In this document: in pieces, positions 17,115 through 26,122 of the stretch
Position numbering within the stretch: the first letter of the stretch is position 1
How the letters are laid out: each line of letters starts with the position of its first letter
Source: an uncultured Clostridia bacterium
Lineage (GTDB): Bacteria; Bacillota; Clostridia; TANB77; CAG-508
Length of the DNA stretch: 64,000 nucleotides
Direction of reading: 5' to 3'
Assembly (NCBI GenBank): GCA_944391855.1
Contig: CALXVB010000005.1
Coordinates: 119 to 64,118, forward strand
Program-made: the position numbers and the translations under genes
Notes under the pieces: model-generated
Told to the model about the DNA's origin: nothing
The model's database searches: none
The model's input: the letters and a program-made list of their open reading frames with translations, nothing else

Positions 17115-19565
17115 ATGATGTATAAATTTACTGCTAGAGCTGAAAAAGCTATAGAAATAGCAAATGAAATAGCACTTGAACTAGGGCATGAGTACATAGG
17201 AACTGAACATATACTTTATGGCTTGTGTAAAGAAGGCACTGGTATAGCTAGTAAAGTGCTAGAGAATCAGAATATAACTGATGAAGATATTTTACAAGAA
17301 ATAGAAATGCTTATTGGAACAGGAGAGGCAATAGAAGATAGAGAAGCATTAGGATTTACACCTAGAAGCAAAAGAGTAATAGAGAATGCTTTTATAGAGG
17401 CAAGAAAATTAGGTTCTGAATATATTGGAACAGAACATTTACTAATAGGAATTATGCGTGAGGGAGATAGTGTTGCTGTTAGAATTATGATGGATTTAAA
17501 TATTGATCCACGTAAATTATATAATGAAATAGTAAAAGTAATAAACGAAGATGAAATGGACCAAAATTCTAATAGAAGTACAGATAAAAACTCTGGAAGT
17601 TTTAATTCTACACCTACATTAAATCAATTTGGTTCAGATTTAACAAAACAAGCTAAAGAAGGAAAATTAGACCCTGTAATAGGAAGAAAAAATGAAATAG
17701 ATAGGGTTATACAAATTTTATCAAGAAGAACAAAAAATAACCCATGTTTAATTGGTGAACCAGGTGTTGGTAAAACTGCTGTAGTAGAAGGATTAGCAGA
17801 AAAAATAGTTTCTGAAGACGTGCCAGAAATGTTAAAAAACAAAAGAATAGTAACTCTTGATATATCTGGTATGGTGGCAGGTAGCAAATATAGAGGTGAC
17901 TTCGAGGAAAGAATTAAAAAATGCTTACAAGAAGTAAAAAAAGCCGGAGACGTAATACTATTTATAGATGAAATTCACACAATAGTTGGTGCGGGTTCAG
18001 CAGAAGGCGCAGTAGATGCAGCAAATATTCTAAAACCACTTCTTGCAAGAGGTGAGGTTCAAGTAGTTGGTGCAACTACATTAAATGAATACAGGAAATA
18101 TATTGAAAAAGATAGTGCACTAGAAAGAAGATTTAGCCCAGTAACAGTAGGAGAACCAACTAGTGAAGAAACTATACAAATTCTTGAAGGATTAAGAGAT
18201 AAATATGAAGCTCATCATAATGTAAAAATTACAGAAAATGCAATAAAAGCAGCAGTAGAATTATCTGTAAGATATATTAATGATAGATTTTTACCAGATA
18301 AAGCAATAGACTTAATGGATGAGGCGGCATCAAGAGTAAAAATGAAAACATATACAATGCCAGATAGCATAAAAGAGATAGAAGAAAAAATTTCTTCTAT
18401 TGACAGAGAAAAAGAAGAAGCAATACGTGTACAGGATTTTGAGAAAGCAGCTACATTGAGAGATAAAGAAAATGCAGAAAAAGAAAAATTAGAAAAAGAA
18501 AAGAAAAAATGGCAGAATAAGAATAGCAAAAATGTAATGAACTTAACAGAAGAAGATATTGCAGAAGTAATTGCTAGTTGGACGGGTATTCCAGCAAATA
18601 AAATTACTCAAGATGAAAATGAAAAATTAAAACATTTAGAAGAGACTCTGCATAAAAGGGTAATTGGACAAAATGAGGCAGTTGATGCAGTAAGTAAAGC
18701 AATAAGAAGAGGAAGAGTAGGACTAAAAGATCCTAATAGACCAATAGGTTCATTTTTATTCCTAGGACCAACTGGTGTTGGTAAAACAGAGCTTTCAAAA
18801 GCGTTAGCAGAGGCACTTTTTGGAAATGAAACTGCTATGATAAGAGTAGATATGTCAGAGTACATGGAACCACATTCTGTAGCAAAACTTATAGGTTCGC
18901 CTCCAGGATACGTAGGATATGATGAAGGTGGACAACTAACCGAAAAAATAAGAAGAAAACCATATTCAGTTATACTATTTGATGAGATTGAAAAAGCGCA
19001 TCCAGACGTAATGAATATGTTGCTTCAAATACTAGATGATGGTAGACTAACAGATGCACAAGGTAGAACCGTAAACTTTAAAAATACTGTAATAATAATG
19101 ACTTCAAATGTTGGTGCAAGGTCAATTACAGATAAAAATACGCTTGGATTTAGTCAGAATGAAAGTAATAAGGAGAAAGGTCAAGAAAAAGAATACGAGA
19201 CAATTAAAAAAGACGTAATGGCAGAATTAAAAAAACAATTTAGGCCAGAATTTATAAACCGTATAGATGATATTATAGTATTCCATAAATTGACTGATGA
19301 CGACATAAGTAAAATTATAGACATAATGCTAAAACAAGTACAAAAGAGATTATCAGAGCAAGAATATGAAGTTGAGATAGATAATTCTGTAAAAGAGTTA
19401 GTAGCTAAAAAAGGAATAGACACAAACTATGGTGCAAGACCATTAAAAAGAGCTATACAAGGAGGCGTAGAAGATAAAATAGCAGAGGCAATACTAGATG
19501 GCAAGATAATTCCACATAAAAAAGTAACAATTTATGCAGAAAACGATGAAATAAAAGTAAAATAA
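17115..19565 (+). CDS. clpC: ATP-dependent Clp protease ATP-binding subunit ClpC
   Basis: Two Clp_N repeats. Walker A GEPGVGKTA and GPTGVGKTE. UVR linker. Confidence 0.95.
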   Translation: MMYKFTARAEKAIEIANEIALELGHEYIGTEHILYGLCKEGTGIASKVLENQNITDEDILQEIEMLIGTGEAIEDREALGFTPRSKRVIENAFIEARKLGSEYIGTEHLLIGIMREGDSVAVRIMMDLNIDPRKLYNEIVKVINEDEMDQNSNRSTDKNSGSFNSTPTLNQFGSDLTKQAKEGKLDPVIGRKNEIDRVIQILSRRTKNNPCLIGEPGVGKTAVVEGLAEKIVSEDVPEMLKNKRIVTLDISGMVAGSKYRGDFEERIKKCLQEVKKAGDVILFIDEIHTIVGAGSAEGAVDAANILKPLLARGEVQVVGATTLNEYRKYIEKDSALERRFSPVTVGEPTSEETIQILEGLRDKYEAHHNVKITENAIKAAVELSVRYINDRFLPDKAIDLMDEAASRVKMKTYTMPDSIKEIEEKISSIDREKEEAIRVQDFEKAATLRDKENAEKEKLEKEKKKWQNKNSKNVMNLTEEDIAEVIASWTGIPANKITQDENEKLKHLEETLHKRVIGQNEAVDAVSKAIRRGRVGLKDPNRPIGSFLFLGPTGVGKTELSKALAEALFGNETAMIRVDMSEYMEPHSVAKLIGSPPGYVGYDEGGQLTEKIRRKPYSVILFDEIEKAHPDVMNMLLQILDDGRLTDAQGRTVNFKNTVIIMTSNVGARSITDKNTLGFSQNESNKEKGQEKEYETIKKDVMAELKKQFRPEFINRIDDIIVFHKLTDDDISKIIDIMLKQVQKRLSEQEYEVEIDNSVKELVAKKGIDTNYGARPLKRAIQGGVEDKIAEAILDGKIIPHKKVTIYAENDEIKVK

Positions 19566-19644
19566 GAAAATAAGGGTAAGCAAAAATGAACTGAACCCAA
19601 AAAGTTAGCCACTTTTTGATTAAGTTTATATTAGGCTACTCTTT

Positions 19645-19685
19645 GGGAATGAATTCTGTAATTTACAGGACTCATTCCTTTTAAT
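19645..19685 (+). terminator. Terminator after clpC
   Basis: GGAATGA..CTGTAA / TTACAG..TCATTCC stem followed by TTTTAATTT. Confidence 0.6.
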
Positions 19686-19808
19686 TTGCCTTTATTTTTT
19701 ACTATTTTTTTTAAATTAGACAATTATAAATGTTTAAAGAATTGAAAAAAGTAGTATAATATGATAGATTAAAAGGGCACATATAAATAAAGAGAAAGGA
19801 CTGATTTT

Positions 19809-20765
19809 ATGAAAAAAGGAAAAATAGTTTTAGTAGGAACAGGATTTGTAGGAATGAGTATGGCGTACTCAATGTTAAACAGAGGTGGAATAAATGAACT
19901 TGTATTAGTTGATTTAGATAAAGATAAAACAATAGGAGAAGAAATGGACTTATCACATGGACTTCCTTATGCACCACAAAAAATGGTAATTAAAGCAGGA
20001 GATTATAGTGATTGTAAAGATGCACAAATAGTAGTTATAACAGCAGGTGCAGCTCAAAAACCAGGACAAACTAGATTAGAACTTGCAGAAACAAATACTA
20101 AAATAATGAAAAGCATTACACAGCAAATTATGGCAAGTGGATTTAACGGAATAATAATTGTTGCAACAAATCCAGTAGATTTAATGACATATGTTGTAGC
20201 AAAAGTATCAGGGTTACCTAAAAACCAAGTAATTGGCTCTGGTACGGTTCTAGATACTGCAAGATTAAGATATTTATTAGGTGACTATTTTAAAATTTCA
20301 AGTAAAAACATTCATGCATACATTATGGGAGAACATGGTGATTCATCTTTTGTACCATGGAAGCACGCATATATTGGCTGCAAAAAAATAATAGATATTA
20401 TGAAAGATAATAAACACGATATATCTGATTTAAATAAAATTCACAAAGGTGTTGTAGATGCAGCTTATGAAATAATAGAAAAGAAAAAAGCAACATATTA
20501 TGGAATAGGTATGGCATTAAATAGAATAGTAAGAGCAATTTTAGATAATGAAAATTCAATTTTAACAGTATCAACATATTTAGCTAATGGTGAGTATGGT
20601 CAGGATGACATATATATTGGAATTCCAGCTGTAATTAATTCTAATGGAGTAAGGGAACTTTTAGAGTTGGATCTAGACAAAGAAGAACAAGAAAAATTAG
20701 ATAATAGCTGTAAAATAATAAAAGATATGAGAAAAAATTCAATAGATAAAATAATTAATGAATAA
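19809..20765 (+). CDS. ldh: L-lactate dehydrogenase
   Basis: GTGFVGMS NAD fold and GEHGDS catalytic His loop. Confidence 0.9.
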   Translation: MKKGKIVLVGTGFVGMSMAYSMLNRGGINELVLVDLDKDKTIGEEMDLSHGLPYAPQKMVIKAGDYSDCKDAQIVVITAGAAQKPGQTRLELAETNTKIMKSITQQIMASGFNGIIIVATNPVDLMTYVVAKVSGLPKNQVIGSGTVLDTARLRYLLGDYFKISSKNIHAYIMGEHGDSSFVPWKHAYIGCKKIIDIMKDNKHDISDLNKIHKGVVDAAYEIIEKKKATYYGIGMALNRIVRAILDNENSILTVSTYLANGEYGQDDIYIGIPAVINSNGVRELLELDLDKEEQEKLDNSCKIIKDMRKNSIDKIINE

Positions 20766-20853
20766 AATTATGTTATTTTCACAGAAAGGTCACACTAATG
20801 GTCTATAATATAAAAATGTCTTGCTATTAAATATTAAAAATAGGAGAGTGCAG

Positions 20854-21529
20854 ATGACAAGAACAAAATTGAAAGATAGAATTTTACCTACTTATACAAA
20901 AGGAGAAGAAATATTTAATATGACTTCACATATTGTAGGTAGTGTTTTAGGAATTGTTGCAATAGTACTTTGCGTTGTTATGGCAGCGGTTCACGGAAAT
21001 GGCTATGGTGTGGTTAGTGGCGCTATATATGGTACTACAATGCTTATACTATACACAATGTCTAGTATATACCATGGCTTAAGTGCAAAATGTAAGCGGA
21101 AAAAAGGTTTTGCAAGTTCTTGACCACTGTACAATATTTTTACTTATAGCGGGTTCATATACACCATTTGCACTTTGTACGTTTAGAGAATATAATGTAG
21201 CAACTGGCTGGACAATATTTGGAATAATATGGACCATGGCTATAATAGGAATTATTTTAAATGCAATTGATTTAAAGAAATATAAAGTATTTTCCATGAT
21301 TTGCTACTTAGGAATGGGCTGGGCAATAATTTTTAAAGCAAGTCTGCTACCAGTGTTATTATCAAGAAATGCCTTAATACTACTAGTATCAGGAGGTATA
21401 GCCTATACAATAGGTGCAATTCTTTATGGTGTAGGAAAAAAACATAAATGGATGCATTCAGTATTTCATTTATTCATATTGTTAGGAAGTATATTACATT
21501 TCTTCTGTATTTTATTGTATATAATGTAA
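20854..21529 (+). pseudogene. Hemolysin III / PAQR family channel protein, interrupted by a +1 frameshift
   Basis: The frames switch between 21083 and 21123. Removing one A from the A6 run at 21100-21105 gives the continuous ..SIYHGLSAKCKRKKVLQVLDHCTIFLLIAGSYTPF.. typical of the family. Confidence 0.75.
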
Positions 21530-21570
21530 TTATATATAACAAACAAATAATTTAAAAAAAGGATTTTGGT

Positions 21571-24129
21571 ATGTTAAGATTAGAAAAAATTACAAAAGAA
21601 TATGTTACTGGAAATAGTAAAGTCCAAGCTTTAAAAGGAATAACTTTAGAATTTAGAAAAAGTGAATTTGTATCAATTTTAGGGCAGAGTGGTTGTGGTA
21701 AAACTACATTACTAAATATAATTGGTGGACTTGATAAATATACAACAGGTGATTTAATAATAAACGGTAAATCTACTAAAGAATTTAAAGATAGAGAATG
21801 GGATGCATATAGAAACCATAGTGTTGGTTTTGTATTCCAATCATATAACTTAATACCGCACCAAACAATTCTTTCAAATGTAGAGCTAGCACTTACTTTA
21901 TCCGGTGTTAGTAAAAAGGAAAGAAGAAACAGAGCAATAGAAGCACTAAAGCAAGTCGGATTAGGAGACCAAATAAACAAAAAGCCAAACCAATTATCTG
22001 GTGGCCAAATGCAAAGGGTTGCTATAGCAAGAGCATTAGTAAATGATCCGGAAATAATTTTAGCAGACGAACCAACAGGTGCACTTGATACTAAAACTAG
22101 TGTACAAATAATGGAAATATTAAAAAATATCTCAAAAGATAGACTAATTATCATGGTTACACATAATCCGGATTTAGCAGAAAAATACTCATCAAGAATT
22201 ATAAAAATACTTGATGGAAAAATAACTGATGATTCAAACCCATATAGTAAAGAAGAAGAGAAAAAAGAAGATAGAAATTCAAAAGCAAATAGTAAAGTAT
22301 CAATGAGCTTCTTTACGGCATTATCATTAAGTTTAAATAACTTAATGACTAAAAAAGGAAGAACTATTTTAACTTCATTTGCAGGAAGCATAGGAATTAT
22401 TGGAATAGCACTTATTCTGTCCTTATCTAGTGGTATGCAAGCATACATAAATAGAGTAGAAGAGGATACTCTTTCATCATATCCAATAACTGTAGAAGAA
22501 GAAACTATAGATATGACAAGTATGATGACGACACTTATGGGAGAAACAGAAGAGACGGAACATGAGGATGGAAAAGTATATTCTAAAAATATTGTAAATG
22601 ATATGTTAAGTACAATTTCTACAAAAATTCAGAGTAACAATTTAGACGAATTTAAGAAATATTTAGATGATGAAAATAGTAGTATAAGGAACTATATGAA
22701 TGCAGTTCAATACAGCTATAATTTAGACTTAAATATATATAAAGCAGATGATGATGAAGCCATCCAAGTAAATCCAAGTCAGATTTTTTCAAAACTTGGT
22801 ATGGAAAATATGAATAATATGATGTTTGCAGAAACTGATGTATGGCAAGAACTTTTAGATAATAATGAATTACTGCAATCACAATATGACGTTATAGCAG
22901 GAAAATGGCCAGAAAACTATAATGAAGTTGTATTAATAGTAGATGAGAATAATGAAATATATGACTACACACTATATGCATTAGGAATATTAGACCAAGA
23001 CGAATTAGAAGACAAATATCAAAAAATATTAAATGGTGAAGAAATAGAAAGCGAAGAGATAAAAACATATACATATGATGAGTTATTAAACACCAAATTT
23101 AAACTATTATTAAATACTGACTATTATGAAAAAGATGGAAATATTTGGATTGATAATAGCGAAGACGAAGATTATATAAAAGAAAAATTAGAAGATGCAG
23201 AAGAAATAAAGATAACAGGAATTATAAGACCAAAAGAAAATACTGTAGCAACAGAAATATCTGCAACTGTTGGATACACAAAAGAGCTTAAAGAATACGT
23301 TATAAACGAAGTAAATAATGCGGAAATTGTTAAAGAACAAAAGGAAAATCCAGATATAAATGTATTTACAGGAACAGAATTTCCAGAAGATCCAAAAGCA
23401 GGATTTGATTTTTCTAGTTTAAGCGATGAACAAAGAATATATATGGCATCATTAAGTGAAGAAGAAATGGCAGAACTGTTACAGCAATACACAGAAAATG
23501 CGAGTGCAACTTATGAAGGAAATCTAGAAAAAATGGGAGTCGTAGACTTAGATAGTCCTAGTAGAATAAGCATATATCCTAAAGACTTTGAGTCAAAAGA
23601 ACGAATTGCTACAGAAATAGAAAATTACAACCAAAGACAACGCGATGAAGGGAAAGAAGAAAATGTAATAACATATACTGACATTGTAGGAACAATGATG
23701 AACTCTGTATCTACTATAATAGATGCAATAAGCTATATATTAATAGCATTTGTTGCAATATCACTTGTAGTTTCATCTATAATGATAGGAATTATAACGT
23801 ATATTTCTGTATTAGAAAGAACAAAAGAAATAGGAATATTAAGAAGTATCGGTGCATCTAAAAAGGATATTTCAAGAGTATTTAATGCAGAAACCTTTAT
23901 TATAGGGTTATGTGCAGGAATATTAGGAATAGGTGTTACATTAATATTAAATATTCCAATTAATATGATAATAAAATCAGTAGCTGATATATCTGGAATA
24001 GCTAGTCTTCCAACTGTAGGGGCAATAATACTAGTAGTAATTAGTATGCTACTTACAATAATAGCAGGTTTAATACCAGCAAGAATGGCAAGTAAAAAAG
24101 ACCCAGTAGAAGCACTAAGAACAGAATAA
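21571..24129 (+). CDS. Fused ABC ATPase - FtsX-type permease (MacB-like)
   Basis: Walker A GQSGCGKTT, signature LSGGQMQR, Walker B ILADEPTGALD. One TM, a large extracytoplasmic region, and a C-terminal FtsX 3-TM module. Confidence 0.85.
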   Translation: MLRLEKITKEYVTGNSKVQALKGITLEFRKSEFVSILGQSGCGKTTLLNIIGGLDKYTTGDLIINGKSTKEFKDREWDAYRNHSVGFVFQSYNLIPHQTILSNVELALTLSGVSKKERRNRAIEALKQVGLGDQINKKPNQLSGGQMQRVAIARALVNDPEIILADEPTGALDTKTSVQIMEILKNISKDRLIIMVTHNPDLAEKYSSRIIKILDGKITDDSNPYSKEEEKKEDRNSKANSKVSMSFFTALSLSLNNLMTKKGRTILTSFAGSIGIIGIALILSLSSGMQAYINRVEEDTLSSYPITVEEETIDMTSMMTTLMGETEETEHEDGKVYSKNIVNDMLSTISTKIQSNNLDEFKKYLDDENSSIRNYMNAVQYSYNLDLNIYKADDDEAIQVNPSQIFSKLGMENMNNMMFAETDVWQELLDNNELLQSQYDVIAGKWPENYNEVVLIVDENNEIYDYTLYALGILDQDELEDKYQKILNGEEIESEEIKTYTYDELLNTKFKLLLNTDYYEKDGNIWIDNSEDEDYIKEKLEDAEEIKITGIIRPKENTVATEISATVGYTKELKEYVINEVNNAEIVKEQKENPDINVFTGTEFPEDPKAGFDFSSLSDEQRIYMASLSEEEMAELLQQYTENASATYEGNLEKMGVVDLDSPSRISIYPKDFESKERIATEIENYNQRQRDEGKEENVITYTDIVGTMMNSVSTIIDAISYILIAFVAISLVVSSIMIGIITYISVLERTKEIGILRSIGASKKDISRVFNAETFIIGLCAGILGIGVTLILNIPINMIIKSVADISGIASLPTVGAIILVVISMLLTIIAGLIPARMASKKDPVEALRTE

Positions 24130-24139
24130 GATAAGAAGA

Positions 24140-24182
24140 AGCCTTAAAATAAAGCAAAAAAGCTTTAGATTAAGGCTTTTTA
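24140..24182 (+). terminator. Terminator after the ABC gene
   Basis: AGCCTTAA ... TTAAGGCT followed by TTTT. Confidence 0.65.
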
Positions 24183-24305
24183 GAGGTTATAAAACACAAA
24201 ATGATTTAATTGACATAGTATATGAAATGTGGTAATATTGATTTGTATCTAGCATGGCTAGATTTAGTAACTATAGTATAAATTCTTTATAAGAGGAGAG
24301 GCATA

Positions 24306-24629
24306 ATGAAAACGGGCTGGACTATATTGAACAACAAATGGTGCTATCTAAATGAAGATGGTACTATGGCTACAGGCTGGATTTACCTAAACTACAAAAG
24401 GTATTGGGCAGAACAAAGTGGTGAGATCGTTATAAATGATTGGAGAAATATCAATAATAACTGGTATTACTTCAATAGCTCGGGAGAAGCTGTAAGAGGC
24501 TGGAACTGGATAAATAATGCAATGTATTATTTTTATCCTACAAAAACTGGAGAGAATCCTGAATGTTCAATGGCACATGATATCTATATCGACGGATTTT
24601 ACGTTGATACAGAAGGAAGAAGAATGTAA
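24306..24629 (+). CDS. Cell-wall/choline-binding repeat protein fragment (107 aa, no signal peptide, no catalytic domain)
   Basis: Repeats of the GW..(N/I)..WYY....G.....GW type (TGWTILNNKWCYLNEDGTMATGW, NNNWYYFNSSGEAVRGW). SD agaggagagg. About 36% GC by hand count. Confidence 0.6.
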   Translation: MKTGWTILNNKWCYLNEDGTMATGWIYLNYKRYWAEQSGEIVINDWRNINNNWYYFNSSGEAVRGWNWINNAMYYFYPTKTGENPECSMAHDIYIDGFYVDTEGRRM

Positions 24630-24636
24630 TACTATA

Positions 24637-24668
24637 AAAGAGGAGAGCCGAAATTGCTCTCCTCTTTT
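24637..24668 (+). terminator. Rho-independent terminator
   Basis: AAAAGAGGAGAGC / GCTCTCCTCTTTT. Confidence 0.8.
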
Positions 24669-24860
24669 GAAACAAGGGACAGACATGAATTTTTTAATTT
24701 AATATTTTCTTTAAAATGAGTTATAAATCGATAAAATTAAAAAAAAGCTGTACTATTTTTTAAAAATAGTATATAATAAAAGAGTGTTTAAACCAACAGG
24801 CTTATATTCTTAATTAAGAATATACTGTATAACGATATTTTAGAAACTGAGGGAATAAAC

Positions 24861-26039
24861 ATGAAAGATTCAAAAGATTACAAAAATTTTGACAGAAAGG
24901 AAAATTTAAAATTAGCATCTAAAGTAGTACATGGTGCTTTAGGAGTAGACCCAGAAACAGGCTCACTTAGCTTTCCAATTTACCAAACAGCAACATATAA
25001 ACATAAATCTGTGGACAAGCAAGAAGCATATAACTATGCAAGATGCATTAATCCAACTAGGGAAGAACTAGAAAAAACAATGACAATTTTAGAGGAAGGA
25101 ACAAGAGCATTTGCTGTAAATTCAGGTATGGCAGCTATTACATTAGTATTTTCACTATTAAAACCAGGTGACCATATAGTTATGTCTGATGACATATATG
25201 GTGGAACTTTTAGAGAAGTTAATGAAGTACTAACTGTAAATGGAGTAGAATATGATAGCATAGATTTATCTGATTTAGACTTATTAAAAAAGACTATCAA
25301 GAAAAACACAAAAATGATATTTGTAGAAACTCCAACAAATCCTATGATGAAAGTTGCTAATATTGAAGAAATAGCAAAAATTGGACATGAAATTGGTGCT
25401 ATTGTAGTAGTAGATAATACATTTTTAACGCCATATTTCCAAAGACCACTTACACTTGGCGCAGATATCGTAGTACACAGTGGAACAAAATATTTAGCGG
25501 GACATAATGACGTATTAGCTGGAATCGTTGTTGTAAAAGATAGCAAAATTGGAGAAAAACTAGAAATACAAATGTATATCTATGGCGCAGGATTAGGCCC
25601 AATGGATTCATGGATTATGCTAAGAGGAATTAAAACTTTAGCATTAAGAATGGACAAACATGCAGAAAATGCAATGAAAGTTGCAAACTGGCTTCGTAAT
25701 GAACCAAAAGTAAAACAAGTATATTATGTAGGTTTTGAAGACCATAAGGACTATGCAGTAACTAAAAAACAGACAACAGGCTTTGGCGGAATGATATCAT
25801 TTAGAGTAGACAGTATGGAAACTGTAAATAAGATTTTGGCAAACCTAAAACTAATAACATTTGCAGAAAGCTTAGGTGGAGTAGAAAGTTTAATCACTCA
25901 CCCTGTAAGTAGAACACATACAGAAATTTCTGAAGAAAAGAGAAATGCTTTAGGAATTACAGATACATTACTTCGTTTATCTGTAGGAATTGAAGATGCA
26001 GATGATATTATTGCTGATTTAAAACAAGCTATGGAATAG
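24861..26039 (+). CDS. Cys/Met-metabolism PLP enzyme (cystathionine beta-lyase / gamma-synthase family)
   Basis: PLP lysine motif HSGTKYLAGHND. Family-wide similarity along the whole length. Confidence 0.85.
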   Translation: MKDSKDYKNFDRKENLKLASKVVHGALGVDPETGSLSFPIYQTATYKHKSVDKQEAYNYARCINPTREELEKTMTILEEGTRAFAVNSGMAAITLVFSLLKPGDHIVMSDDIYGGTFREVNEVLTVNGVEYDSIDLSDLDLLKKTIKKNTKMIFVETPTNPMMKVANIEEIAKIGHEIGAIVVVDNTFLTPYFQRPLTLGADIVVHSGTKYLAGHNDVLAGIVVVKDSKIGEKLEIQMYIYGAGLGPMDSWIMLRGIKTLALRMDKHAENAMKVANWLRNEPKVKQVYYVGFEDHKDYAVTKKQTTGFGGMISFRVDSMETVNKILANLKLITFAESLGGVESLITHPVSRTHTEISEEKRNALGITDTLLRLSVGIEDADDIIADLKQAME

Positions 26040-26042
26040 GAT

Positions 26043-26102
26043 GGAACAAGGGGACACACAATTCGTTCCATTTTTGGAACGAATTGTGTGTCCCCTTGTT
26101 CC
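26043..26102. repeat. REP-like elements, family C: two inverted copies forming a perfect 28-bp-arm palindrome
   Basis: GGAACAAGGGGACACACAATTCGTTCCA tttt TGGAACGAATTGTGTGTCCCCTTGTTCC. Each arm is itself a GGAAC..GTTCC hairpin. Confidence 0.8.
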
Positions 26103-26122
26103 TAAAGAAGGAGGAATTAAAA

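Noticed and set aside
21552-22448. 298-aa ORF antisense to the ABC transporter gene
   Set aside because: It mirrors a well-supported ATPase domain on the other strand. Its composition is low-complexity (Ser/Phe/Leu/Ile-rich), as is typical of antisense frames in AT-rich genes. It has no SD.
24517-24702. 61-aa ORF overlapping the 3' end of the cell-wall-binding-repeat gene and its terminator
   Set aside because: It is an out-of-frame overlap, runs through the terminator hairpin and has no SD.
25034-25546. 170-aa ORF antisense to the Cys/Met PLP enzyme gene
   Set aside because: Antisense artefact. The sense frame carries the PLP-lysine motif.
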